From positions 32,001 through 96,000 of the forward strand of contig CAWHDT010000007.1 in the NCBI GenBank assembly GCA_963828195.1: a stretch of 64,000 bases of DNA. The letters run 5' to 3'. The notes beneath the pieces were generated by a model. It was given only the letters and a program-made list of their open reading frames with translations. It was not told the origin of the DNA and ran no database searches. Source of the stretch: Candidatus Bathyarchaeota archaeon (GTDB lineage: Archaea > Thermoproteota > Bathyarchaeia > Bathyarchaeales > Bathycorpusculaceae). Numbering within the stretch: the stretch's first letter is position 1; the number at the start of each line of letters is the position of its first letter. The translations under genes were made by a program, and so were the position numbers. Positions 8,328 through 16,618 of this stretch are shown here, piece after piece.

Positions 8328-10988
8328 TTACTTTTTGTTTTGGCTGCCGTTGACGCGTTCGTTGCCGTTATTTATTTCCTTGATGATCTGCGTTGCGTGG
8401 ACTCCGTGTTCAAGTAGGTATGATCTGGATAGGTGTCTTTCGAAATCACTAGATTTGTTGTAGAGCAACGCCATTTCGTCGAAGGCTTCCATGTCTTCGG
8501 GTTTTCCTCTGCCGCCAAGAACAAGCACTCTTGTTTCCCAGGGATCGCGTGATTCAATGACTCGCACTGTGATTGTTCTTGACACTTCGCTGGTTACGTA
8601 GCCTGCTAATGCAACATAAACTTCCTGAGACATTTCTTCAGTCCACAATTTTGGAGGTGATTGCACGGTTACCCAAAGGTAATCGGTTTTGTAAACTGGT
8701 TTATAGCCCATAACGCTTGGTGTTTTGAAGGTTCTGATTACGCTTTTCATGTAGTCTTTAAAGTGTTCCATGTCAAGTATGTCTTTGAATATGACATCTT
8801 TTGTGAGGCTTTCTTCTTGTTCAGTAAGTATTTTGAAGATTATTTTTAGTTGCTCGCTTTCGGTGAGGTCAGCTGACTTTACGTAGTATTTCTTAGGCGC
8901 AGCGATTTCTGCTATCTTTTCTTTGTATTCGCTGTGCAAATCCACAATCTTATTGAGACGTTTCCGATAGTCAGATACAAGTTCAAATCTTTTTGCTAAT
9001 TTCTCGTAGAGTTTAATTGTACTGTCAACTTTGGCGAGGCTGTCAAGCGCGTAAGATTCTTCTTCTTCTATCCTCTTCAGGTCGCGGTCAAGCTCCATTA
9101 GTTGTTCTCGGGCATAACGTTTTGAACTGAAGGTTTTTCTCATTTGCCGCTCCATTTTTGATTTGTCGAATTCTTTGCGTTTCTTTGTCTCTTGCACCCT
9201 CATGACTTCGTTGTCGAAGTTACCTCTTTTCTTCATACGGTTTGACATTATTTCGTTTATGTATGTTACGTGTTCATCGATCATTCTTGACTCGTCAGAT
9301 GGAGTTCTAAGAATCATCTGAATGACAAGGTAGATTGTTGCAAGCTCCGCTTGTATGTCTTTTAAGTCTTCTAGTTCAGCTTGCGATTCTGGAAGAGCTT
9401 CATAATATCTTATTAATGCTTCAGTGATGTACCTGGTTTCGTCATAGAATTTCAAGATGTTCAAGGATTTTTCTGCAAGCTCGGCAAGATTTACTAAATC
9501 CTCCAAAATCTTCTTTTGCCTCAAAGTGAAGACTTGCGAGCTGGGAATCAACTGCTTTAGCCGATCTAAAATAACTGCTTTTTTCTCAGAGAATTCTAAA
9601 TGCGTTTTTGTCAGGGTAGTGAGTAACGTTTCTAGATTGTCCAGTTTTCTTGAGCCTTCTTTACGTAAGGTCAAATTGATTATGGCGTCCTCGATTGGCC
9701 CTGTTTTGGACATCAACTTTATTGTGGAAAGGAACTTCATGATTTCGCTTAACCAGTTTTTAACCTGTAACTCAACGCCTTTGACATGTAATTCTCTGTC
9801 ATCTTCAAGCCGCGGATTACTGTTAATGATTGTCTTAAGTTTTTCATCGAACTGCTCTTCATTGTAAGTGCCTGTTTTTATAAGATAATTCTTGAACAGG
9901 TCGCGTGTTACTTCAGAATCCACTTTTATAATGTCGTTAACTTCGTCAAGAACATCGAGTTTTTCTTTTCTAAGTTCTTGGAGAAGTTCAAGTCCCTCAA
10001 AATTCAGTTTGTACGCTGATAGATATTCTTCCACTGGGTAAACTACCTTAACCATGCCTAAGGTGTGCGCTGAATTGTTGGTAAGTCCAACTTCTGTACC
10101 GATTCCGCCTAGGAGATCTGCCAAGTCAAAATCCATTAAGGTGTAGAGCATGTCCACAACCATATCGTCGAGTTCTTTTCGGGCACTAACGATGTTGCCT
10201 ACTTTTGAGAAAGCAGGTAAAAGCGGCAAGTAAATTAGTGCGTTTAAAGGATTTCTATAGTAGTCCCCGTAGTTTTGTATGACAAAGTCATTGTAATCCT
10301 TATTCAACAGCAAGGTAAGCTCGTTCATTGATACGAATGCGGAGCATCCTTTTGCAGGCGGATCATCCCCGCCGCATGGAGTCACAACGAAGGCTATGAT
10401 CGGTACCCCTGAACCTAAAACTTTTCGCAGGTGCCGGGCAAAATCAAAGAAAATGCCGCTTCCTGTCCCCCCGCCTAATCCGTAAACCACAACCACCGTC
10501 GGCGTAATTATTGAGGATAAAGCCTGCTCTTTGAACGAGTTTATGCAGCTTCTAACGATTCCAAGTTGATAATAGTTTAAGGCATAGATCGCTTTGGCTA
10601 AGGCTCTTCTTCTTCCAGCCCCGCCTGCCATTGGCGGAATAGCCATGGTTGATTGGAGCCATGGACTGAAGTTTTCAAGTTTTGCCCCTTCGCCTACGAG
10701 GTACTCATTGTATTTTTGGTTGATGAAATCAAACATTGCTTCAGCAGTTGGAAACTTTATCGACTGGGCAATCAGCCGCAATCTTTCGCTAGGGATGCCT
10801 GCTTTCACCATTTGCTTCTGTATTTGTTCATTGGTTTCTTGTAAGTCTCTGATTTCGGGGTCAGCTATGTCTATGGCTAAAAGGGAAAGCCTGGTAAGAT
10901 CGTTCCCCATGAGTTCCATGGTTTTTTTGCTTTTCAGGAAAGCTTCTACGATATTAGTTCCAGCTGAACCAAGTCCAATGAGTTGCAC
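8328..10988 (-). CDS. Tubulin/FtsZ-superfamily GTPase with a ~430-aa coiled-coil insertion (FtsZ-like/Tubulin_2-type); true start possibly ACG at 11009
   Basis: LIGLGSAGTNI (T1), GGAGRRR (T3), GLGGGTGSG signature (T4), VTPCGGD, DFDLADL (T7); long K/E-rich helices, then beta-alpha C-terminal elements. Confidence 0.88.
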   Translation of the reverse strand: MQLIGLGSAGTNIVEAFLKSKKTMELMGNDLTRLSLLAIDIADPEIRDLQETNEQIQKQMVKAGIPSERLRLIAQSIKFPTAEAMFDFINQKYNEYLVGEGAKLENFSPWLQSTMAIPPMAGGAGRRRALAKAIYALNYYQLGIVRSCINSFKEQALSSIITPTVVVVYGLGGGTGSGIFFDFARHLRKVLGSGVPIIAFVVTPCGGDDPPAKGCSAFVSMNELTLLLNKDYNDFVIQNYGDYYRNPLNALIYLPLLPAFSKVGNIVSARKELDDMVVDMLYTLMDFDLADLLGGIGTEVGLTNNSAHTLGMVKVVYPVEEYLSAYKLNFEGLELLQELRKEKLDVLDEVNDIIKVDSEVTRDLFKNYLIKTGTYNEEQFDEKLKTIINSNPRLEDDRELHVKGVELQVKNWLSEIMKFLSTIKLMSKTGPIEDAIINLTLRKEGSRKLDNLETLLTTLTKTHLEFSEKKAVILDRLKQLIPSSQVFTLRQKKILEDLVNLAELAEKSLNILKFYDETRYITEALIRYYEALPESQAELEDLKDIQAELATIYLVIQMILRTPSDESRMIDEHVTYINEIMSNRMKKRGNFDNEVMRVQETKKRKEFDKSKMERQMRKTFSSKRYAREQLMELDRDLKRIEEEESYALDSLAKVDSTIKLYEKLAKRFELVSDYRKRLNKIVDLHSEYKEKIAEIAAPKKYYVKSADLTESEQLKIIFKILTEQEESLTKDVIFKDILDMEHFKDYMKSVIRTFKTPSVMGYKPVYKTDYLWVTVQSPPKLWTEEMSQEVYVALAGYVTSEVSRTITVRVIESRDPWETRVLVLGGRGKPEDMEAFDEMALLYNKSSDFERHLSRSYLLEHGVHATQIIKEINNGNERVNGSQNKK

Positions 10989-11015
10989 ACTGTTTTGGTA
11001 AATTCTCGTAGGTTG

Positions 11016-11987
11016 TCACATCCCAACTAATCTTTTCAATCTGTCCTTAACTGACTCAAGATTCGACGACATTGTCCTATCGATCTTTTTAGCCCGCATC
11101 GTTAAGCCTTCCAAGTCTTTGATTTGGTCTTCAACGACGAGTTGGAAGTAGCTTATTTTGCCGCGTATTCTCATGAACAGAAACGCGAAAACAACTGCGA
11201 CAGCCGCTAAGACACCTGCTACAGGCAGGAACAAGGCTTGAGTTGCTGAACTTGGTGGCGCATTAGAGGGATTCAAATTATTGAGCATAGCTGTGGCGTC
11301 GGCAACATCTCCCGCGTCAGCAACGGCCAAAGATTCGTTAAGAAAAGTCTTGTAGAGTTGAGTGTATCCTGAATTAACTCCTGAAGATACAAGATGGTTT
11401 AACTCCGAATTCTGTTGGCTGTACAACGTCAGAAAAGCAGCCATTTGCGAACCAACTGACCATACAGAGATTTGAGCAAGCGGCAGACCACCATTTGGAC
11501 CATACAAGGTGACCAAATCGACTGGCGTTTGTTGTAGACCAGAGGATGGCGTTGGAACGACACCGATAACTGTCATAGTAAATGTTCCCTGTGTCCAAGT
11601 GAACCGGGCTGGATTTGCACTTGCACTAAAGTCGCTGCCTAAATTGTAGCTGCTTTGATTTGTGAGTTGCCAGAATTGTCCTTGCAAAAGGGATTGCAAG
11701 CTAGTTGAGAGTGAAAGATCACCAGACCCGCCAGTGAAAACGTTGACTGTGAAAGTTACTTCAAGGCTTTCTCCTGGGGACGGCGAGGAAATATTCTCAA
11801 CAAGGTTTGTTGTAGAATCATAGCTTTCGAGAAGTTTTCCCGTGTTATAGTCATTGATTTGGTAGCTAGTTATCCAGCCACCGCTTGCTGGAGCGGCTTG
11901 CGCTTTGACTGTTGAAACCGCTATTGAAGAAATAATAATTGTTGTTAATAATAGAACAAGGCTTAGGGCTAATATTTTCTTATTCAA
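11016..11987 (-). CDS. Single-pass surface protein: signal peptide, S/T/N-rich extracellular domain, TM helix, cytoplasmic coiled-coil tail
   Basis: TTG start MNKKILALSLVLLL...VKA-Q signal peptide; TM ALFLPVAGVLAAVAVVFAFLFM then RIRGK; tail VEDQIKDLEGL...LESVKDRLKRL. Confidence 0.82.
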   Translation of the reverse strand: MNKKILALSLVLLLTTIIISSIAVSTVKAQAAPASGGWITSYQINDYNTGKLLESYDSTTNLVENISSPSPGESLEVTFTVNVFTGGSGDLSLSTSLQSLLQGQFWQLTNQSSYNLGSDFSASANPARFTWTQGTFTMTVIGVVPTPSSGLQQTPVDLVTLYGPNGGLPLAQISVWSVGSQMAAFLTLYSQQNSELNHLVSSGVNSGYTQLYKTFLNESLAVADAGDVADATAMLNNLNPSNAPPSSATQALFLPVAGVLAAVAVVFAFLFMRIRGKISYFQLVVEDQIKDLEGLTMRAKKIDRTMSSNLESVKDRLKRLVGM

Positions 11988-12190
11988 GTTTATGCACCAA
12001 GATTTGTTTTGCAATGGTTTCTAGTGCATGATGCATATAACACTTGCGCTAAACCGCCTAAACTGAGGATACCATAGCTAAACGGGTCATTTAGCTGCTG
12101 ACTGGTTGTTGCTTAAGCTGAAAATCGGTCGCTTCTATGGCAAAGAATAAAGATTAACCTGGCATTACGGTTGGTGTAAGAGGGTTAATT

Positions 12191-13120
12191 GTGGAGATTG
12201 TAAATGTTCGCTTACCCGACAAAGTTATTTCAGACATCGATAAACTTGCAGAAAAGCACAGTCTCAGTCGATCTGAGGTCATGCGGCAAGCACTAACCGT
12301 TTATCTGCATCTAGTAGAGAACGTTGGCACAATGCTGCGTCCCATAGTTTTCCAAGTGAAACCTGCCCAAATAAATTATACGCGAAGAGGCGACGTTTCA
12401 ATCCTTAAAGTCCCCACAGGACACGCAATCGTTGCGGGTTCAACGTCATCAGGAGCGGTGGGTCCAAAAACTATGGATAAAGTCAAAGTTGATGGACGCG
12501 TGCTGGGAAAGTTTTTGGCAAGGGTTGCCCTAATGGATGTGATAGCGACAGGCGCGTTTCCTCTTCTCTTATCAGTCACCTTAGGGGTAGAGAAAGAGCC
12601 AACAGGCAACGAGATATTAGAGGGCATTCGACGGGAAGCAAGAAGCATTGGACTAGACCCAAACCAGGTGCTTATGGAAAACACAGAGGACAATTTTGAA
12701 ACAGTGCAAACGGGCGCTGGCTTAACGGTGATTGGCTTTGCAAATGAGGAAGAGTTAAGGCTTGGAAAAACGATGCCGGGCGACTTAATAGTTGCCGTCG
12801 GCAAGCCTAAAGTTGGTGACGAAGTGATTTTGGCTGAAGCAAAAGGGGAAATCGCCGACCTCAAAAACGTAACTCAACTTTCCCAGAAAAAATATGTTCA
12901 TGACGTCGCGGCTGTTGGCACATTCGGAATTGCAGATGAAGCAAGAATGATGGCGTATGCCGTGGGTAGGCAGCTGAAGCTCGCTGAAGTGAAAGAGTTG
13001 GATTTAAACAAGTCTGCTGGTCCAGCCACGGTATTTCTTGTAACTGTGCCTAAAGAAAACCTTGAGGATTTAACCGCATTAATCAGTAAACCAGTAAATG
13101 TTGTGGGAGAAATATTGTAG
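12191..13120 (+). CDS. Ribbon-helix-helix (CopG/NikR-like) domain fused to an alpha-ribazole kinase (CblS)/PurM-like domain
   Basis: N-terminal IVNVRLPDKVISDIDKLA...SRSEVMRQAL; then SSGAVGPK.MD.VKV...ARVALMDV.A.GA.P, NTEDNF...QTG.G.TVIG, KSAGPAT typical of CblS-like proteins. Confidence 0.78.
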   Translation: MEIVNVRLPDKVISDIDKLAEKHSLSRSEVMRQALTVYLHLVENVGTMLRPIVFQVKPAQINYTRRGDVSILKVPTGHAIVAGSTSSGAVGPKTMDKVKVDGRVLGKFLARVALMDVIATGAFPLLLSVTLGVEKEPTGNEILEGIRREARSIGLDPNQVLMENTEDNFETVQTGAGLTVIGFANEEELRLGKTMPGDLIVAVGKPKVGDEVILAEAKGEIADLKNVTQLSQKKYVHDVAAVGTFGIADEARMMAYAVGRQLKLAEVKELDLNKSAGPATVFLVTVPKENLEDLTALISKPVNVVGEIL

Positions 13121-13131
13121 AAAACAAGAAA

Positions 13132-13617
13132 TCACTCTTTTTGTTTGCTCCCGAGGACGTGACCATTTCGGTCGATTTCTCCGCTTCTTATCCGTGTGGT
13201 GGAGATTGGGTTGCAGTTTTCGGCTGGAATCATACTTATCGCAACAATTTTTAGCTCTGGAAGCCCAGCTTCAACTCGGATTTTGTTGATTTTACTAGTT
13301 ATCGATTCCGTTTCTTCACTAACGATCAGAGCGTCTAAGCCCTTGCCAGACAGGGTGAGTCCGTAAGGATCCTTCAGCGGAACAATTTCTGCTCTTTCAG
13401 CTAAGCCGTTTTTCTTCAAGAAATTCGTTAATTCCTTGAGCCTTTCATCGTAAGATGCTGTTTTATGTGGTTTACCCATTTTGGAGACGAATTCGTCCGA
13501 GGATAAGCCGATTACAACCTTTTCACCGATTTCAAAAGCCTTCGTCAGTAGGGCTTTGTGTCCCTTATGAAGCTGGTCAAATGTTCCGCCGACGGCTACT
13601 TTCTCATACTTCTTCAT
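13132..13617 (-). CDS. coaD: Phosphopantetheine adenylyltransferase (archaeal type)
   Basis: VAVGGTFDQLHKGH HxGH motif, IVSEET, ISTTRIR.GEID; overlaps pantoate kinase gene. Confidence 0.92.
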   Translation of the reverse strand: MKKYEKVAVGGTFDQLHKGHKALLTKAFEIGEKVVIGLSSDEFVSKMGKPHKTASYDERLKELTNFLKKNGLAERAEIVPLKDPYGLTLSGKGLDALIVSEETESITSKINKIRVEAGLPELKIVAISMIPAENCNPISTTRIRSGEIDRNGHVLGSKQKE

Positions 13618-14551
13618 GACCTACCAGTCTAACTCCTTGAAAATCAATTTTGCTCACAATCACTTTTCCAGAGGGTAAAACTTGCTTAAAAGCTTCTGCC
13701 ACCTCTTCGACGTTTTCTTTAAGCACCAATGCATGCACCGCCTCGCCCAGCATGTTTTGCGCCGCACCAACCGCGCCAGCCTTCCTCGCCGATTTAACCA
13801 GTTGCCGAACATTCTGCGTTGCAAAGCCTGTCTTTTGAGAAAAGTTCCAGCAGCATTCTAGAAAATTCTCCAAGGTAGGGTCGGCAAGAATTGCCTCCAT
13901 GGTTTTCCTGCCGTAGCGGTTAATCACCTGTTTTTTTTCGGGGTCAGTTAATACGATTTTAGGCGTGTTTGATTCAAAAAAGCCAGCCACAACCATATGG
14001 TCAGGTGTTATGGGTATGCGGTCGATTTGGCAGATACCTGGCGCTCCTGGCTCCACAACCAGTACGCAGCCGCCTGTGAATGTTAATGAGCTAACAGTGC
14101 CCAAGCCAGTTTGACACTTGATCTCGGCGATGTGGGCGATTTTACCTATTTGGTTATAGGTCAGGGGTAATCCCAACGCTGCTTTAAGCGCTAAACCCGC
14201 CGTCAAGGCTCCCCCAGCGCTTGTGCCAAACCCTGCTCCAATCGGCACTTCAATGTGGTGCTCAACCGTAACATCGTATTTCGCGGCTCTTTCGCCTAGG
14301 AGCAGTTCGATTACTTTCCTTGTTGTTTTTGCTTCTGAGGCGGGTTTGGAGTTGATGAAAATGTTGATGCTGTTTTTTTCTGCTTCTCGGGTCGTTACTT
14401 GGGTCAGGACGCCTTTTTGAAGACCAAATCCCCCGCCTCTCGCGCCGACTCTTTCCAATTCAGCAATCGGCTTACTGCCTTCGGTGTCGTGGATTTCAAA
14501 GAAGCTGGAAATTGCCGCCGGAGCAAAAGCTTTTGCGGTTTTTAGAGGCAA
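13604..14551 (-). CDS. Pantoate kinase (GHMP family)
   Basis: AFAPAAISSFF, PIGAGFGTS GHMP loop, AHIAEI...TGLG, AQNMLGEAV; adjacent to coaD. Confidence 0.85.
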   Translation of the reverse strand: MPLKTAKAFAPAAISSFFEIHDTEGSKPIAELERVGARGGGFGLQKGVLTQVTTREAEKNSINIFINSKPASEAKTTRKVIELLLGERAAKYDVTVEHHIEVPIGAGFGTSAGGALTAGLALKAALGLPLTYNQIGKIAHIAEIKCQTGLGTVSSLTFTGGCVLVVEPGAPGICQIDRIPITPDHMVVAGFFESNTPKIVLTDPEKKQVINRYGRKTMEAILADPTLENFLECCWNFSQKTGFATQNVRQLVKSARKAGAVGAAQNMLGEAVHALVLKENVEEVAEAFKQVLPSGKVIVSKIDFQGVRLVGHEEV

Positions 14552-14560
14552 TTACTTCGC

Positions 14561-15325
14561 CTATTCTATTGTTTCGTGGCGGCGTCTAATAAATGGAAAT
14601 GCGGCTTGACATGCTTTTACAACTGGAGGTGAGACAAGAAGCACAAAGGGTACTTCAGTTACGAAAGTCCAAACGAAAACAAGCGACGCCAAAGATGCTG
14701 ATAATGGTGCTGTAAAGTATGCGTGTGGTGCAAAGAACAGCTGGCTATATGCCCAAACTCCAAAGGCTATTATCATAGCGCCGGCAGCCATTCCGATAAT
14801 TGAACCTACCCCAAAACTTCTGAATTCTTTCCAATATTTTGCGATACCTACAAATAGAATTAAGGACACCGCCATAAGAGAACTGAAAAGGATAACTGTG
14901 GTTTCGGTTGATAATCCAGTATAACCCTTAGATAAACTTGAAAGAAATACTGTCGGTAACAAAAGGCCTGCGAGGATGATCGCGGTACCGATGACTAAGC
15001 TGATCAAAGTTTTCGTTCTATCAAGCTTTTTGTGTGCAAAATAGCCAATTAAAAAAAACGCCACAAAATTTGCAGGAACCCCAACGGTAAAACTCAGCAG
15101 GGGTTGTCCAATAACTGCAATATCGCGGATGAATATTCCAATTGCAGCTCCAATGCCTCCTTCCCAAGGACCAAACAAAACGGCGAAAATAGCTGGAACA
15201 AACGCCGCAGGCCAAAAAGCAACTCCTCCAAAACTCACACCGAAACTTGTTAGGTAACCAATAACTGCGTACAGGGCAGCGCTTAGAGCAATAATTGCCA
15301 CATCAAAAGCACTAAATTTTCGCAT
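14561..15325 (-). CDS. ECF transporter S component (QueT-like fold)
   Basis: AIIALSAALYAV AxxxA motif, FWPA.FVP...AVLFGPW.GGIGAAIG.FI.D; about 7-8 TM. Confidence 0.8.
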   Translation of the reverse strand: MRKFSAFDVAIIALSAALYAVIGYLTSFGVSFGGVAFWPAAFVPAIFAVLFGPWEGGIGAAIGIFIRDIAVIGQPLLSFTVGVPANFVAFFLIGYFAHKKLDRTKTLISLVIGTAIILAGLLLPTVFLSSLSKGYTGLSTETTVILFSSLMAVSLILFVGIAKYWKEFRSFGVGSIIGMAAGAMIIAFGVWAYSQLFFAPHAYFTAPLSASLASLVFVWTFVTEVPFVLLVSPPVVKACQAAFPFIRRRHETIE

Positions 15326-15532
15326 TCCAGTTTTACTCCATTTTTCAGGTTATAACCCTGTTGAAACAAGGGCTTTGTAGATAAAACTTCCCTATGAACT
15401 GTTTAAACATGTTTAAACTTAGTCAGGCTTTACTAAATATTAAGGATGAAAAATCAAAATAAAAACATTAATTTCCTCGGCAGATAGGCATCTCGGAATT
15501 CAAGATTAGCCTAATCGGGATGAACAAGCAGG

Positions 15533-15877
15533 TTATTTTTTGTGTCTTTTTATTCTTTCTTGCCGCTGCGTTTTCTTGCGCCAATCTTTCTTTCGCTGGG
15601 TCTGCATGGAAAACCGTTCTTGGCGGGGCACGTCTAGTTTTCTGTAGTGTGAAATGTTTAGGTAGAATGTTTCGTAGTCTATTTTGTTCTCTTTTAAGTC
15701 TTCAAGGTTCTGGTTCAGATCCTTTTTCGCCTGCGCGTCAGTTACCACATCAAACGTGTCTGAGTAAACCATGTAGGCAGCATGAAACTGGAAGTGGGAG
15801 GGATCATCGACTAAAAGTTTCTCTATTTGGGGTGCTGATTGGTTATGGTTGTTTTGCTCGTTTGGTTCTTGGGTCAT
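15533..15877 (-). CDS. Hypothetical protein with highly basic C-terminal tail
   Basis: 114-aa ORF with upstream TATA-like element; tail RKKDWRKKTQRQERIKRHKK. Confidence 0.72.
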   Translation of the reverse strand: MTQEPNEQNNHNQSAPQIEKLLVDDPSHFQFHAAYMVYSDTFDVVTDAQAKKDLNQNLEDLKENKIDYETFYLNISHYRKLDVPRQERFSMQTQRKKDWRKKTQRQERIKRHKK

Positions 15878-16142
15878 GTTTATCCAGCTTTTGAATAAAG
15901 CAATGTTGTTTTTCCCTCTTTTATAGGTGTGCCCGTAAAAACTAGTTTAGTTAAGGGTTGGTACGTTCCTTTGCGTTTCTGCCCAATGGAAATAGAGCAC
16001 ACAAACGAGTAGCCGACCATTTTATTCGATGATTCTTCCAGCTAAATTAAAGAGCGGAGAGAAAGAAATTTTTGTCCAGTGAAAAAAAGTTTTTGAAATG
16101 AAAAGGATAAGAAAGATTAATCAAAAAATTAAGTTACCGCTT

Positions 16143-16547
16143 TTAGAGGCGCTGCCTTATTTTTTCGGCATCCTTATCAAGCAACTCTACAGTTCGGAAG
16201 CCATGTTCATGCCCAAGCTGACCTAGGGGCTTCATGGGAATAATATGGACGTGCAGGTGAAAAACGACTTGTCCAGCGTCTTTTCCGTTGTTCTGAACTA
16301 TTCGGATGCCTTCAACTCCTGTTGCGTCTTTAATAGCAGGTGCAATCTTCTTGGCGATTTTAAACAGGCAAGCTGCTTCTTCGTCGGGAATCTCATAAAT
16401 GTTCTCGTAGTGCTTTTTGGGCGCCACAAGTGTGTGCCCGGCATTAACAGGATGATTACTCAAAAAAGCAACGACCTGCGCATCCGCGTAAACTATGCTT
16501 GCAGGCGCTTCCCTGCGGATTATCTGGCAAAATATGCATTCAGACAT
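16143..16547 (-). CDS. HIT family nucleotide hydrolase
   Basis: CIFCQI Zn motif, GHTLV.PK.H, AGQVVFHLHVHIIP histidine triad. Confidence 0.95.
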   Translation of the reverse strand: MSECIFCQIIRREAPASIVYADAQVVAFLSNHPVNAGHTLVAPKKHYENIYEIPDEEAACLFKIAKKIAPAIKDATGVEGIRIVQNNGKDAGQVVFHLHVHIIPMKPLGQLGHEHGFRTVELLDKDAEKIRQRL

Positions 16548-16618
16548 CGAATTTCAACCTTTAAGCGGTTTAAAGATGGGATTAGCTTTAATAGAATTCT
16601 GTGACTCAATAATACTTT

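Noticed and set aside
11016-11018. Selenocysteine reading of the in-frame TGA
   Set aside because: The position is a linker, not a redox motif; no SECIS-like element recognised; many genes here end in TGA normally
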